Shown here in pieces: positions 51,201-64,000 of a DNA stretch of 64,000 nt. How positions within the stretch are numbered: the stretch's first letter is position 1; each line of letters begins with the position of its first letter. The stretch is from Ostrea edulis (taxonomy: Eukaryota): positions 104,904,001 to 104,968,000 of the forward strand of contig NC_079164.1 in the NCBI RefSeq assembly GCF_947568905.1, written 5' to 3'. The translations under genes and the position numbers were made by a program. Below the pieces are notes generated by a model. It worked only from the letters and a program-made list of their open reading frames with translations. It was not told the DNA's origin and made no database searches.

Positions 51201-51566
51201 GCGCATTAAATTACACGAAAAAATGAACCATTTTACTATGTCAAGTGCCTAGAAGCTACACGAGAAATTCCTAAAGATTTTTTTTTTTTTTTTAGATAAA
51301 ACAGAAAGGGTTTGGTGGGTAGGAAAGGGTATGGAGAGCTTTTAGAATTACATGATGTATATGGGCTCTTTATGGAGTGTACAGTATTATTATCAAGACC
51401 TACATTATCCTGTCACCTTAAAACTTCGTGGACCGGAAAAGGTGAATTAAAATGCGGCGTAACGACTCGACTGCGCTGGATCAAAGGATGTTCTTGATAC
51501 CGACTTACATGGAGTGCAATGAAAATGTAAAGGTGTGTGTATAATTGAGGGGGAAAATTCCATGAT

Positions 51567-52324
51567 ATGCCGCGCAGACGAAAAACAATGGCCACTTTTC
51601 GATCGAAAATTTTCGGCTCCGATGGAATTATTCGAAATTTTTCAAATGGAATATCAAATACTGCCAGTCGAGTTTTTGGGAGACCTGTATCACAACAGGT
51701 GCAGGTAGTATACTATATGTTACTAAGAGAACCAGTGTATCTAGATTTTATATAAATATGGTGGGTTACCGACACGCTGTTCCTTTCCTTTAATCTGTAA
51801 TTATAATAAATGCATTCATATAGAAGTTTAAAAGAATATATAAAATACTGAGAGTATACACGATTTATGTTCTTGTTTTTGTTTCTGGGTGTTTTTTAAG
51901 GGGGTGGGTTTGTTTTTGTTGGTTTGGTTTTTTTGGGGTGTGTGTGTGTGTGTGTTTTTTTATCAATATTATGAACTAGACAATTAAAACCAGTTTAGAT
52001 AAATCTATATGCAATAAATTTTAACCATGTTTATATGAAAACAATCTTAGTGGGCCTAGCGATAATAAATGCCTTGGGCAACATAATCCTAATAATTAAA
52101 ATATTTTTATCAGTCATGACGACACTATAAAAATATTGAAACTAGTTTTTACGATTTTTCAACTCATAAAATTCAAACAGATCTTCCACGCTGCATCTGA
52201 GGAGGAATTTAATGTTCAAGCGCGGAAAAGACACAACATATTTAATGATCACAGCTCCTTTGTATATGAAAATCATGAAATGTCTTGTTTGGGTTTTAAA
52301 GGCATCAAACTGACAATTCCTTAA
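51567..52324 (+). CDS. Candidate two-exon small protein, 91-93 aa; join(51567..51698 or 51704, 52181..52324)
   Basis: ATG follows an in-frame stop. Two possible phase-0 donors (CAG|GTGCAG, CAG|GTAGTA), and an acceptor TTCAAACAG|ATC in frame with ORF 52136..52324. No homology recognised. Confidence 0.35.
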
Positions 52325-52509
52325 TTGTGTTGATGCAAATAAGCCTTGTGTTTGGATGTTACCAAAGATGGTTAGGATATCTCGACCTTTCAATGACAAA
52401 CAGGGGACTCTTTGTAATTGTGGGATTTGTGGTAAAATCAATTAAGCTTCAGTGAACAGTGTAAATTAAGAATCACACGGATCCTAGTCCATCCCATACA
52501 ATGTTTCTG

Positions 52510-53560
52510 AAGCACCATGTCGTCCATTGTCAGGTCACTTGTCGTTAGACGTGCGTCGGTCGTAAACTTTTTAACATTTTCAGCTTCTTCTCTGGATGTT
52601 AAACAATTTTGGTCCAAAACTTGTGAATTTCATGGTCTCTACCTCCCTGGGGCCTGAAGGGTGTGGCCAAAAACATCAAAATTAATGTAATCTTCAAAAG
52701 TTTTTTCTTCACTCAGAGACATCAAGCAGTCAAACTATTAGCTTGATCAGAATAAGCAATGGACCTTTTACCAAGGGATTCATGCCACAGGGCGGGGCTA
52801 AGTTGGCCATATATTAAAATGCGTTATATCTTTGAAAACCTTCTTTGTACTTCTGCACATTTTTCCATGATTGCAATTGGCATTGAGTCTTCCACCAAAA
52901 TTGTGAAATTCGTGACCCCAGAGTTCAGATACCAGGATGGGGCTAGATTTATCATTATGCATTGAAAATGCAATAGAAAAATTTTACTGCTGGACATAAA
53001 GCAGACAAACTTTACATGATTATTTAGGCCCCAGGGTGGAGATTAGTTGATCATGTGCGGAAAATGTTTGCATGATTATAATGGGCAATGAACCCTCTTT
53101 GAAAACTGTAAAAAAGAACATTTGTCCTGGGGCGAGGTAGGGTTAAGTTGATCATGAAAGGCGAAGATAACGAACAGTGATCAATCTCATAACTCCTATA
53201 AGCAATACAAAATAGATAGTTGGGCAAACACGGACCCCTGGATACACCAGCGATGGGATCAGGTGCCTAGGAGGAGTAAACATCATATATTGAAGATGCA
53301 TTATGTTTAAAAGTTGTCTTTACTTCTGGATATCTAGCAGTCAACCTGTTGGTATGATTATAATATTGAGCACGCAATGAGCTCTATCTAATCCGTGGAA
53401 TCCAAATCGAGGCCCATGTTGGCGAAAAGTTGATCATTCTGAAAATACATTATATTTCTTTGAAAATCTTCTGTATTTCTGGACATCCAGTAGAAAAACT
53501 GTTTGCATTATTAGAATTAGTGTCTGGCCTTCTACCAATGTGAAAGTCATGTCCCATGGC
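52510..53560 (+). mobile_element. Degenerate HINE/pearl-like element with ~165-bp satellite-type repeats
   Basis: GTCGGTCGTAAACTTTTTAACATTTTCAGCTTCTTCTC start and recurrent TTGTGAA(A)TTC(A/G)TG / GAAAATCTTC motifs. Family recalled from oyster repeats. Confidence 0.45.
53155..53284 (-). mobile_element. Penelope-like element 3' fragment nested in the HINE-like element
   Basis: Matches the family 3' UTR and terminus. Confidence 0.85.
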
Positions 53561-54537
53561 CAAGGAGTAACATCTGACTAATTTAGAAATTTATAATTAG
53601 AAACGTATTTATAGCAGAAAGGAAGAAAATGCAATAGACCGGACCGGTTCTACACAGGGCTATCTGAATCTCTAGTCAGGTACTCTACAACTGTAGTATC
53701 TGGCATTGTCAATCGAACTGCCTGATAGCAACATTCCTCGATCCCTCCTTTTAAAATGTCTTAGCAATTTGAAGAAATCAACCGTTAGTTCCAGGGGCTG
53801 ATCTACGGCTTTGAAATTGCAATAGGAGTTCAAGAAAATTCAACCAGCATTCGAATTGTTGACTGTTACATTTTCGACTGGAATCAAACTCTCTTTAGAA
53901 AATAATTATACTGTATGTACGAATGAAGCTGGTGGAACATATATGAATAAGATGAAACAGCTCAAACCTTTTAAAGTACAGATTTACCCCCTTTTTACTT
54001 TACAAAGATATTTATTTTTCCCGTAGGCCTATACTCAATAAAATGTGTACCAACGAAAAATATTTCGTTGGGTTGTATATTTATACATCTATGGTCAAAC
54101 ACATACACTGAGAAAACTGGATACAGACAAAACTCTTCAGTAAAAGATACTCTGTTTCATTACAAACTGCAATCACCAAAGACTCGAAGAGACCTGTAGG
54201 TTTTACAGATCATAATAAATTAAAACTGTAATGAATGTGCGAATTGTGGCATTATATCCAGACCCTTTCCAAATGGGGTGAAGAAGTTGACTAAATATTG
54301 ACAACTAGATCTAAGTAGATGGGAATAATAAAATAACCACCACCACCCCAAAAAAACCGCAATAGGTACTTCACACCCCAAAATCCTAAATCGGGGAAGG
54401 GGGTCATCCTTCAATAGATGGCTTAATTAATTCATGGGTTCAACTACTGCGTGCCTTAGAAGAGGAGGGAGCCAATAAATCGAATTACTGTTGGCTGCCA
54501 TTTCAGAAGGGGGGATGCATTCTCAATAAAAATCGGC

Positions 54538-54740
54538 GGTTACGGAAATAGCCGAGTAGTCACGACTGCTTTCGTCGTTCTTGCGTCATGTGTGCACATT
54601 TCATTATGACATCACAATAAAAAAGTAATTATGACGTCAGAATACTCTCAGAACATCAAAGAGTAAGTCATGCATCGTCGCAAACCACGGGTTATTGTTT
54701 CATTAGGAAACAATAGCCCGTGGTTTGCGACGATTAGAGT
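54538..54740 (+). mobile_element. Solo end of the 24-bp TIR transposon family, followed by a 61-nt hairpin
   Basis: TTACGGAAATAGCCGAGTAGTCACGA matches the TIR at 41337. TGACATCACAATAA subterminal motif. No partner TIR found. Confidence 0.5.
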
Positions 54741-54949
54741 AAATATGTATATATTTTTTTTAATTTAAAGTATGGATAAAAGGAAATGAAGTATGTCAAT
54801 GATTTCATTATACCGCATGCAACGAAGTTACAGGGGTTTGTTTTCAGCCCACCCGTCCTGTATAAAACTAATTTCATTCGAGAAAGGGGAGGGGGGGTAT
54901 GTACATAAGATCTATACAAGCTATCCACACTTCAGGTGCCTGTGATCAG

Positions 54950-55085
54950 CGCAACTCCTCTGAGACAGCTCAACAGAATATCGTGAGACTTTGTAATAAT
55001 AAGAACACACTGTGTAGATGTGCATATTCTGATTCAATAATTTCTTGGAGTTATGCCCCTTTTGAACTTAGAATTTTGAGTTCTG
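54950..55085 (+). repeat. Isolated satellite-DNA-like monomer (HINE-associated type)
   Basis: CAGCGCAACTCCTCTGAGACAGCTCAACAGAAT...GGAGTTATGCCCCTTTTGAACTTAGAA resembles oyster satellite monomers from memory. Single copy in this window. Confidence 0.4.
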
Positions 55086-56235
55086 AGAAACAAAATCCTC
55101 CTCACTTTCTTGGTGATAAGATGGCATTTACTGTTACAATTATTATCATATTTCTATATTTACATTTGTATCTATTTTCCCTTATAATGGACGTAATGTA
55201 AACCAACTCATCATGTCACACAATTTAATTGTATTACATGTAATGCAATTTATTTGTAACAATTCAAGGACTTTAACTAAGTAATAAGGCACCATTGCTA
55301 TAACTGCATGCATTGTAATGTGAAATGAAATTGGTATATAGTTTCACATCCCAATAAAGTTATAGAAATGCATGATGTCTTATTACTTGTATTATGGAAA
55401 TCTTAATGATATCTAATTATTTTCTAAAGAAAACAATTGCATGCACATTAATCATATATAGGTGTGTTTAATTGTTGCAATTCCTATATTCTAAAATAAG
55501 AATAGATTATAAAGCTCTCCTTAAAAACCCATTCATTTTTGCAGTCCTGTTTTTGAGAATTCTATTGTGATGGACTTCTAATGAATCATCAGAAAGTTAT
55601 TTTAACATTGGATTTAAGGCATATTTCACCCATACTTTGTTGCTTTGAAACTAATGGAATTTAGCATGGTTGCATGCACACAATGTAAAGTTTGTTAATG
55701 ATGATGTATGATAACGTCGCCTAAATCGAATAAAGGTCATTATGTTAGGTAAACAACATTGTTATTTCACTACCCTCAGTTTCGTTTTTGGCAGAAATAT
55801 TCTGTAGTTAAAATATAGGCCATGGATACCATTTTTAATTGAACATTAATAGCAGCTAGAGCATAAAACCTGGAGGAAAAAACAGGAATAATTCAATAAG
55901 TTGAGGTAGGAATTATGCTGATATATGCATGGTTTATAGTTCATTTAGCTCACCAGGACAAAAATATGGAGAGAATTAGTATCAGTGTCAGTGGCATCAT
56001 TTTTGCATGAACAGCATGTCAAAATGTTCTCAAAAATCACAGCAGTTTCTGAAGTTTATGAGGTGTGACTACTGTAAATGACTTTTTCATTTGTGAGAAC
56101 TTAATTTGTTGTCTTGAATACATAGGTTTACATAGCAAGATCGCAAAATATACCCGGTACAACTACTGCTGTAAGTTTCATGATTTACAGCATCATATTT
56201 AAATGTTGACTTCATTACTGGATTACATGCATTTT

Positions 56236-56502
56236 TGCCAATACAACCTATCATTGGGTCAAATGCTGTCTGACGTGTTTCATGCTGATTGTTAAGCCAT
56301 TCTTGGCACACTGATTACTCCGTTTACCTGATCAAGATATAGGGTTCACAGCAGGTGTGACTGTTCAACAGGGATGCTTACTCCTCCTAGGCACCTGATC
56401 CCACCTCTGGTATATACAGGGGTCCGTGTTTGCCCAACTCTCTGTTTTGTATTGCTTAAAAGAGTTATGAGATTGATCACTGTTCGTTATCTTCGCCTTT
56501 CA
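56236..56502 (+). mobile_element. Penelope-like element 3' fragment (last RT codons plus 3' UTR)
   Basis: CAATACAACCTATCATTGGGTCAAATGCTGTCTGACGTGTTTCAT through to TATCTTCGCCTTTCA. Confidence 0.88.
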
Positions 56503-56749
56503 TGCATTTCTCTATTCTGGTTCTCATCCAGAGTTTCTCCAATTCCTCTTAACTTTTTATGAAACCTGTCTCTTTGAAAAGGGTTTTCTAACAGGAGTAC
56601 TTCTCGAATCCAGCCCATTCTCTAAGTTTGACCTTGATTGGGTCAAGATCAAAGTTACAGAATGATTTTAAAGGATTCTTTTTGCAGTTGCCAAAAGACC
56701 AGTGATAGGTGCCTAAATTAGACATGTAACATGCGAGTATTTTCTTTAA

Positions 56750-57428
56750 GCCCCTTTCACAAATTCACGGAAAAGGAGTAGGTCGATGCCGGATGCAAAA
56801 TTCTAGTCATCCGGGGTGATCCGGCATCTTTGGGTTCTGTGACTTCATGTCAGTGTCAACAAGGTCTTATTACGATGCAGACACGGAAAACGCTGATTTC
56901 CCTATGAATAAGCATGGTAGCTACCCATACATCCCCGGAAAAAATCCCGGTTGGTGCTGGCGTGATCACTGAGCGTACGGAAGATCACGGTTTCTGCCAG
57001 ACCATCCACTGTAGTTTTACGGAGATACGCGGATGACCATGGATTATCATGGTCTTTCTCCCCTGTGTTATAGCTGTCCATGTAGTTACTGGGAATTATC
57101 CATGTACAATCTGTAGACATCCATGTTTTTCAGCAGAAAAGTTTTGTAGTTGGATGACCTCGGACTTTACATGGTTACTTCAGTTGATACGTGGACCTCT
57201 TGATTGATACATGGAGGTACACAGTATCGATACAGATCATTACGGAGGATTTTCTTTCAGAAAAATCAGTGAAAACAATTAAACATGTTTAAAACATTAG
57301 CTGGATGGTCCAGGACAACACCGGACACATACACGGTTTGTACACAGTGATGATGGATTGTCACAGACCATCACAGATTGACAATCCAGGATGATCCAGC
57401 GTCTCATCCGTGAATGTGTGAAAGGGAT
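56750..57428. mobile_element. Non-autonomous PIF/Harbinger-like element
   Basis: Imperfect TIR GCCCCTTTCACAAATTCACGGA versus TCCGTGAATGTGTGAAAGGGAT. Flanks are TAA and TTA (TWA type). Confidence 0.55.
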
Positions 57429-57797
57429 TTAGTGCAATCAAATACAATGTCAATACACATATCTCAAGAACCTGGCCTTTGCATTCCCATATATAGCCAA
57501 GCATTTGAGTGAGGAACATTCACAAAATAATTTTAAAAACTCCAACCTGCTGTACACAAACAAAATTTTTTTATTGTGACATTTTCGGAGGGAAAAAAAT
57601 CAGAGAGGGCTACATTATTGAAGCTAAGACGACACCCATGCCTGGATAACTGGTTTTCGTAATGTGTTCTGTTGCTTTAAGACAACTAACTTTTGATTGG
57701 CTCCGTTTGCAGATTTGTTATATTTTCAAAATTGGTGAATTTATGCAATTTTGTAGAAACGTGTGGCTATATGTACTCTCTTACCGATTTTTTGTAG

Positions 57798-57980
57798 GAT
57801 AAAATGATTGACCTTGACACAGATCTACAAGGACACCTGGAAGTGCATTACCAAGCCTGCACTGAAGCAGCCATATGTGAAGCTAAAATAGTGTGTGAAG
57901 AAGACTACCATGGCAACTGTGCTCAGTTTTTGTCTTCATTTATATCACCAGTGTGTGATCTGTTTCAAAAACTGAAAAAG
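57798..57980 (+). CDS. Candidate coding exon (61 codons, phase 0/0) of an unidentified gene
   Basis: TTTTTTGTAG| acceptor and AAG|GTAAAG donor bracket the open frame DKMIDLDTDLQGHLEVHYQACTEAAICEAKIVCEEDYHGNCAQFLSSFISPVCDLFQKLKK. Confidence 0.4.
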
Positions 57981-59523
57981 GTAAAGTGTGTACTGGGTGA
58001 AGTATTACTAAATACAGCAATTAGATTGAAATCATTCAGTCCTGCTTATTTTCAGTTTCTTTTCACAATGACACAGATTTCTATGTATACATGTAGACGT
58101 TTAGGCTTAGATATATTTAACGTAGGTTTTGGCATACTTTGTAAATTAAAACTTCAGTCAAAATAGTGTTGTATATATATATAATATTACAAAGCAGAGA
58201 AACCACATGAACTTTCAAGTTTTATAAAAATTACATACAGCAGAATACAAAGAAAGATAACTCTGCTGTTCATTAGCCATATCACAATGAAATGGCATGA
58301 AAACAATTCTAAAATTTAGCATTGTCATGACACCCCGTTTTCTGTATCAAATCTCAAGAAACATTCATGATATTTAGAATTGTGGTGTATTGGCGGAAAT
58401 ATTTGAGTTGACCCAGTGAACTGTTTTACTGCTTGTTTCATTAAGAAAACTTCAAGCTATTCAAATGTGTATCAAATTATCTCCTTCCGTGACTTGGTCA
58501 CCATCTTTAGATAGAAACACTGTATTTTGAATCATTTTTAAAACTAAAAATACACTGTTTTGGGTGGTTTGTTTGATATCATGTTGCATAGGGATTCACC
58601 TTATACATACTTAAGCTCAGATGATAACATCTAACTGTAGAAATCCTATCAAATTGAAATTTTCTGTCAGTCAGAATTTGTCTTTTCATGCAACAGGCAA
58701 GAAGTAATAGAAAGTTTTGTAGGTAATAAATTGAAGTAAGTAAATAGCTATTATGATTGAGAGGAGGTTTACTACATTTGATAAGACATGTTTGATGTTT
58801 GGATTGAGATCTAAGATGATCTTAAGTTTGCAGAGGGTTTTATCATTTCTTTTCTTTGGAGGTACAGCAGTGAGATCATAATCAAACTGATTTTTTTTTT
58901 ATGACTTCTCTCAGGTAATGAAAGTAGTTTAACATGCTTTACAAGACTTTGCAAATCTTCTCTCCATGACAAACACACATGATGTAGAAAGATTTTGTGC
59001 AAGTTCATTTGTCTTACTGTAATTCTCTTTTTGATCTGGAGTTTTCTGTAAATAGCAGCCAGTTTTCACATCAATAAGATACTTAGACTATGCAAGTGTC
59101 ACCCACCTCAAGATAGAAACACTATAATGGAAGAAAAGAAATTTATTTCACATATGAACCACATGATTTCCCAAGGGACAATTTTTAATTACGCTTGACA
59201 GAATTAACCTCTCCTAACATTTTGTTATTCGATCAGGTCAAGACCATCCTTACATCTAACATTAGATAAACTCCATCAAGTCTCCAAGTATTGAAAATTT
59301 ATGAGAGAGGAATGACCAAATCAATTTAGAGAGTATTCTTATGTGACCAATTTCTAGGAAATGCTATTAAACTTATTCATTACCAATTATAATTACATTA
59401 AGGATAATTTGGGTATAGTCTTCAGCTTTGATAAATAAAGCCTATAAATTATCAATTATTTTTCCTTCATAATGCTTTGAACAATTTTTTTATGTCTTGA
59501 AGAATATAGTTAACACTAGCCAA

Positions 59524-59788
59524 CTGATTGATTGTATATTGTTTAACGTCCCACTTGTGAATCTCTCACTCATATGGAGACATCACCAATGCCAGTGAAG
59601 GGCTGCAAAATTCAGGCCTATGCTCGGCGCGTACAGCCTTTGAGCAGGGAGAGATCTTTATCGTGCCACACCTGCTGCGACACTGGGTCTTGGTTTTTGT
59701 GGTCTCATCCAAAGGACCACCCCATTTAGTTGTCTCTTACAACAAGCAAGAGGTACTGAGAACCAATTCTAACCCGGATCCCCATGGG
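59524..59788 (-). mobile_element. SINE-like element family B, with 9-bp TSD AACACTAGC
   Basis: Full family B sequence. AACACTAGC at 59512-59520 and 59792-59800. Confidence 0.88.
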
Positions 59789-60517
59789 ATCAACACTAGC
59801 TAAAGGTTTAATATACTCCTCTTCTCGAGATGATAAGGAATCCTTGGCCTTCGAAGATTAATACAAGCTTACATATGTATATTTATAAAAAAAAAAAATC
59901 TTCAAACGACATCCTGCATAGATAACTAAAAATAGCATGAAAACAAAAACATTTTAGAGGGGAGAAAATCAGGCTTTTAGGACCTGAGTCACATCTCTCT
60001 TATCTCTATTGTCCTTCTCTTAGACTCCCCTCCCCCGTTTTCCTTTTCAGGCAGATAAAGCGGAAAGTAGGAACTTTTATAGGTGTTGATAAACTTGAGT
60101 GGTAAATTAGGTATCTCTGATAAGACTGGGGGTGGTTTTTGTCTTGACTACCAGCTACACACTTCTGTAGCAAGGGCTCATGGCCCTGTCCACTCAGGAA
60201 CTCCTACTGTTACCATGTTCTCAAGTAAACAACATGTAGAGAGATGACCAGCAAACAAATTACTCATTCCACTCCAGAAGTCTGGACGTTAATAACAGAA
60301 TGAAATAATTGACCAGTCTATGTCAAGGATTTTATTCTTCTGTTTGTTACTTGAAGAGTGTTTTGTGGTAATTGGGAAAAAGGGGGGGAGTGGTTTGTTT
60401 AGACTCTGGTATCAGATTATTTAGTTTTATTTTATCATATTTTGATGTTTGTTGACAGGTTGGGTGCCACCTTTGATAAACAAATCTCAGTATTTCTGGT
60501 ACATTACTATTGTAATT

Positions 60518-60520
<3 letters not shown>

Positions 60521-60566
<46 letters not shown>
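60521..60566. repeat. (AT)n microsatellite
   Basis: Direct reading. Confidence 0.95.
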
Positions 60567-60573
<7 letters not shown>

Positions 60574-61264
60574 AATATAAGAATTTTTTTTGGGGTGTGT
60601 GTGTTGACTTTCATTTTTGGCTATGATAATGTTTAACCAATTATATATAGGTAAACTAGATTGGTGTATACCAAGGTGCTAAACTGTAGAATTCCTTTGA
60701 TAAGCTTATATTGACCAGCTACAAAGAGGCTTAACATGCAGCGGGGGATAAATCATTTCGGAAATGTTTAATTGTCTATAGTTAGTTTTCAAGGTGTTAT
60801 GTAATTCTGAAAACAAGCTTTTACTTTTCATGTTCTTTTCAATACACTGTCTATTTCACTTAATCTATTATGGGAAGGTCAAAGAGGCATGTTGACATTG
60901 GCATTCAAAGTGATTATGTTCTAATGTCTTCAAATATTTACCATTGTTATTGTAACACCAGGAACATACTTTTGTCATGATGTCATTTTGGCAGCTGATT
61001 GGGATCTCTCAGGCACATAATTTTGTGACAGACTGGTAAGTCTATGAACATTTGGAATTCATAGTACATATTTCAACTAACTGAAGTTTCACTAATTTTG
61101 TTTTTCAATTTTTTTCCTTCTCAATTTGCATTTCTGAATACATACCTAACTTACATATGTTACATCATTATTGTTTCACATTATGTGTATTTTTTTTTTT
61201 TATTTACAATTTCTTTCCAATTTCATGAATTTTAATTTTATTATGAATTAATGCAATGCATGGC

Positions 61265-61267
<3 letters not shown>

Positions 61268-61315
<48 letters not shown>
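61268..61315. repeat. (TC)n microsatellite
   Basis: Direct reading. Confidence 0.95.
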
Positions 61316-61319
<4 letters not shown>

Positions 61320-62771
61320 ATCTTGCAGAGAATGAATAAAAAATATTTGTTCAGCATGCACATGCAATCCAACAGCCTTTGACACATTAAACTACCTGGA
61401 CGTTTACATAAAAGTTCAGCAAATTGCACACAAATAAAGGTATTATATAGATATATATAGTACATGTATCTATATTTTCAGGAATGACTGAATCAAAATT
61501 TATAGAGAAAAGATTCTTAATCTCCTCCATGAAATTTTTTAATGTATGATATGTTTAAACAATATTTTATTTGTAATAGGATTAGGCAGCAAATGATAGC
61601 CCTTCTTGTGAAAAGCTGTGCTATATCATTGTTTGTTGACAGAGTCAGTTTTTAGCCTTTTGTGCTAAGCTTCTTGCATAAAGGCCATATAAGTATTTGA
61701 AACGTCTAGTGAGGTAGTATATGCAGATTGGTGGTATAAAGAGACCGTATAAAAGCAGGTATGTTCTCTGCTTCATATGATAAGAGAGGGGCTTTGATAT
61801 ATGATTGACAGACCTGCTTTGTCAGACTGTCTGCTTGAACAGGTTTTTGACGGTGTGACCCATTTCCATGAATGGAACTGTTCTGCGGTAGTGTATGGAC
61901 CTGCAAGAGCAGTCCCTCCAAGGATTGTTCAAACTGACAAGGAGTAAGCCAAAGGCTCCTGAAAGTGATATAGTAGAAATTTTTGTGAATGATTACTGAA
62001 GGGTGGTCAGTTTCATCTACAGGTGTGTGCATTCAAGGATCGGACTGTCTCTTAGAGATTTAATCTCTTGCTGATACCCAGGGTATTGAACGGAGTAGGC
62101 AAGTGTAATAGACATTAAGAGCTATTTTTCCTCCTTTTTATACATTATCATTTTACATGTTTAATTTGCAGTTAATTGCATTTCACCCAGATATACATGC
62201 ATTGAATCAATTGCTAAGGATAGATAAATTCATTTTGATTCCATTTATTTGTGTAAAACAAAAAATTTTGCTTTCAATTCTTTTGCTTTGTGTTTGGATG
62301 TATTTTACTTTAATAAGAGTTAAAAGAAGAGTCACTGTATATTAATTTTTTCAGGTCATTAGATTGCATCTACTCTTTGATATATAAAGACACTTCTGTT
62401 ATCAATCAATACCTGATCAATAGCTTCAATAACCCCTGTACCGATATTAATTAGATTATTTGTGTATTGAATAAATATGACTTGCTTACAAATGGTATCT
62501 GTAATGTTAATGTAAATGAATGCTATGCTCATGTAAATTACAAGTTCTGTTTCATTTTCTACTCCCCGAACTTTACTTAAAGGTGAACTGTGCCAGTAGA
62601 GCTCAGTTCTTGCTATCTTTATTGATATGTAAGGGGCCTTGTACCTGCTCAGGTACACACAGTGTATATATGACTTCAATGGTATTTTTGAGGGCAAACC
62701 TCTTTTCTCAGGCTTTTAATAGGGTCACCCCATTACGCTATTACAGAAAACCGCTTTTGTAAAAATTTTGA

Positions 62772-62826
62772 ATGGGACCAACTTGCTTTTTGGTGATATT
62801 AGCACTTGTAGCTGCAATCCAACTTT
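62772..62826 (+). CDS. Candidate first coding exon encoding a signal peptide (MGPTCFLVILALVAAIQL, phase-1 intron)
   Basis: ATG at 62772, hydrophobic core, canonical T|GTAAGT donor at 62827, and a possible upstream acceptor CTATTACAG near 62746. No matching second exon found in the window. Confidence 0.4.
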
Positions 62827-64000
62827 GTAAGTAAGACTTGACGTTTTTTAAAAGCTCTGTGCATTCTAACTGTTGTGTATGTATAACAATTATCTGAAGT
62901 AAAAGAAATGTGTACAGTTTGGGTAGAGGTTACGACCTTAGCTTGTAATGTACATAAACATTTGCAAATTGCCTTTTAATCTTGTCGAACATTTACCGTG
63001 ATAAATGTGGTTGAAAATTAGGCAGTGATCGACACACTGCAATTTTAATGAAGTATTTTTATTAAAAATTGTTTATATTATTGTGATTAAGTGATATTCT
63101 ATGAATTGTAAGCATGAGTAATCTTCAAAGTTTCAAATTGTGTACTAGTATATCAGTTTGTGAATATCATAAGTAATAAGTTCAGCTTATAAATGTGCAA
63201 GCGCTAAATGGGTAACCCTTTCATTAAATGTCTCGTAAAATTTTTGGTTCACATATAATTGAATTTGTAATTTAATTTTGATATTTAGTATAGATCTACT
63301 GCAGTACTCAAGTACTGGTATCTAATGTCTACTTTTACTATATGTTATCTACAAACAGTTTTTTTGGACACAAAAAACAGAAAAGACAATGAGCCACGCC
63401 TTTCTATCATTGACCTCATCTCTCATGCCTTTGTTTTTTAACCATTCACACATAATTAGGCAGCATTTACATGTAAGTGATTTTAGTACAAACCATTTAC
63501 TTTCTCTCTTGTGTAAAGATCTTTTATAGGATTAGGAAAAATCAGTCACATTAGGTGGCCCAAACCTGAGGAATAAATATTTCATTCCTAAGCGTGCAAG
63601 GTTAGATTAAAAGAAGTTGGTATGTGTATAGTTTGGGACAGTGGGTTAATTTGTAAGATTAGGCAAGAACTTTAGATTAATCCCTTGTTCTGGACAAAGT
63701 CAAATGATGGAATTACAGATAGGAGTGCCTCAACTAACTGGAAGGGAATATTAGAATTTTTTGGACTTTGTACAAATAGGACAATACTTTCTGTAAAATC
63801 CCTCTGAATCCATTCATTAAACAGGAAAGTGCAAGTACATGTACCCTGGCAAGTTACAAAAATAGCTGATTCAGACCATTTTCCCCTGACAATATCAACT
63901 TGTATGGAGTTGCCAAGTGTGAATGCATCTTTTGAAGTTAATGAATGAAGGAGAGCTATGCTTGATGGTTTTAGGATTAGTCTACTTTTTTAAAGTTGAA

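Noticed and set aside
61640-62100. Coding-like tract (ORF 61706..62032 and opposite-strand frames)
   Set aside because: Multiple stops, no splice support and no recognisable motif.

Overview
AT-rich, intron-containing eukaryotic DNA dominated by repeats. The repeat families resemble those I know from oysters/bivalves; this is inference, no search was run. One host gene is well supported: a 4-exon RGK-family (Rem/Rad/Gem-like) small GTPase on the minus strand (14241-16181), whose P-loop Lys is replaced by Met. The most striking element is a decayed, roughly 5 kb remnant of a Polinton/Maverick (adintovirus-like) endogenous virus at about 35540-40790. It carries a near full-length but broken major capsid protein gene, three compact unknown ORF relics, and a GADD34/ICP34.5/DP71L-like PP1-eIF2alpha adaptor relic that the ORF track misses because of in-frame stops. 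The window also holds seven fragments of a Penelope-like retroelement (one with its 43-bp tail expanded about 24 times), eleven copies of two SINE families that share a 3' half, several non-autonomous DNA transposons, a hammerhead ribozyme core, and many minisatellites, including a two-module 30-bp array. A few orphan exon candidates lie between 51 and 63 kb. No rRNA, true tRNA or CRISPR array is supported.
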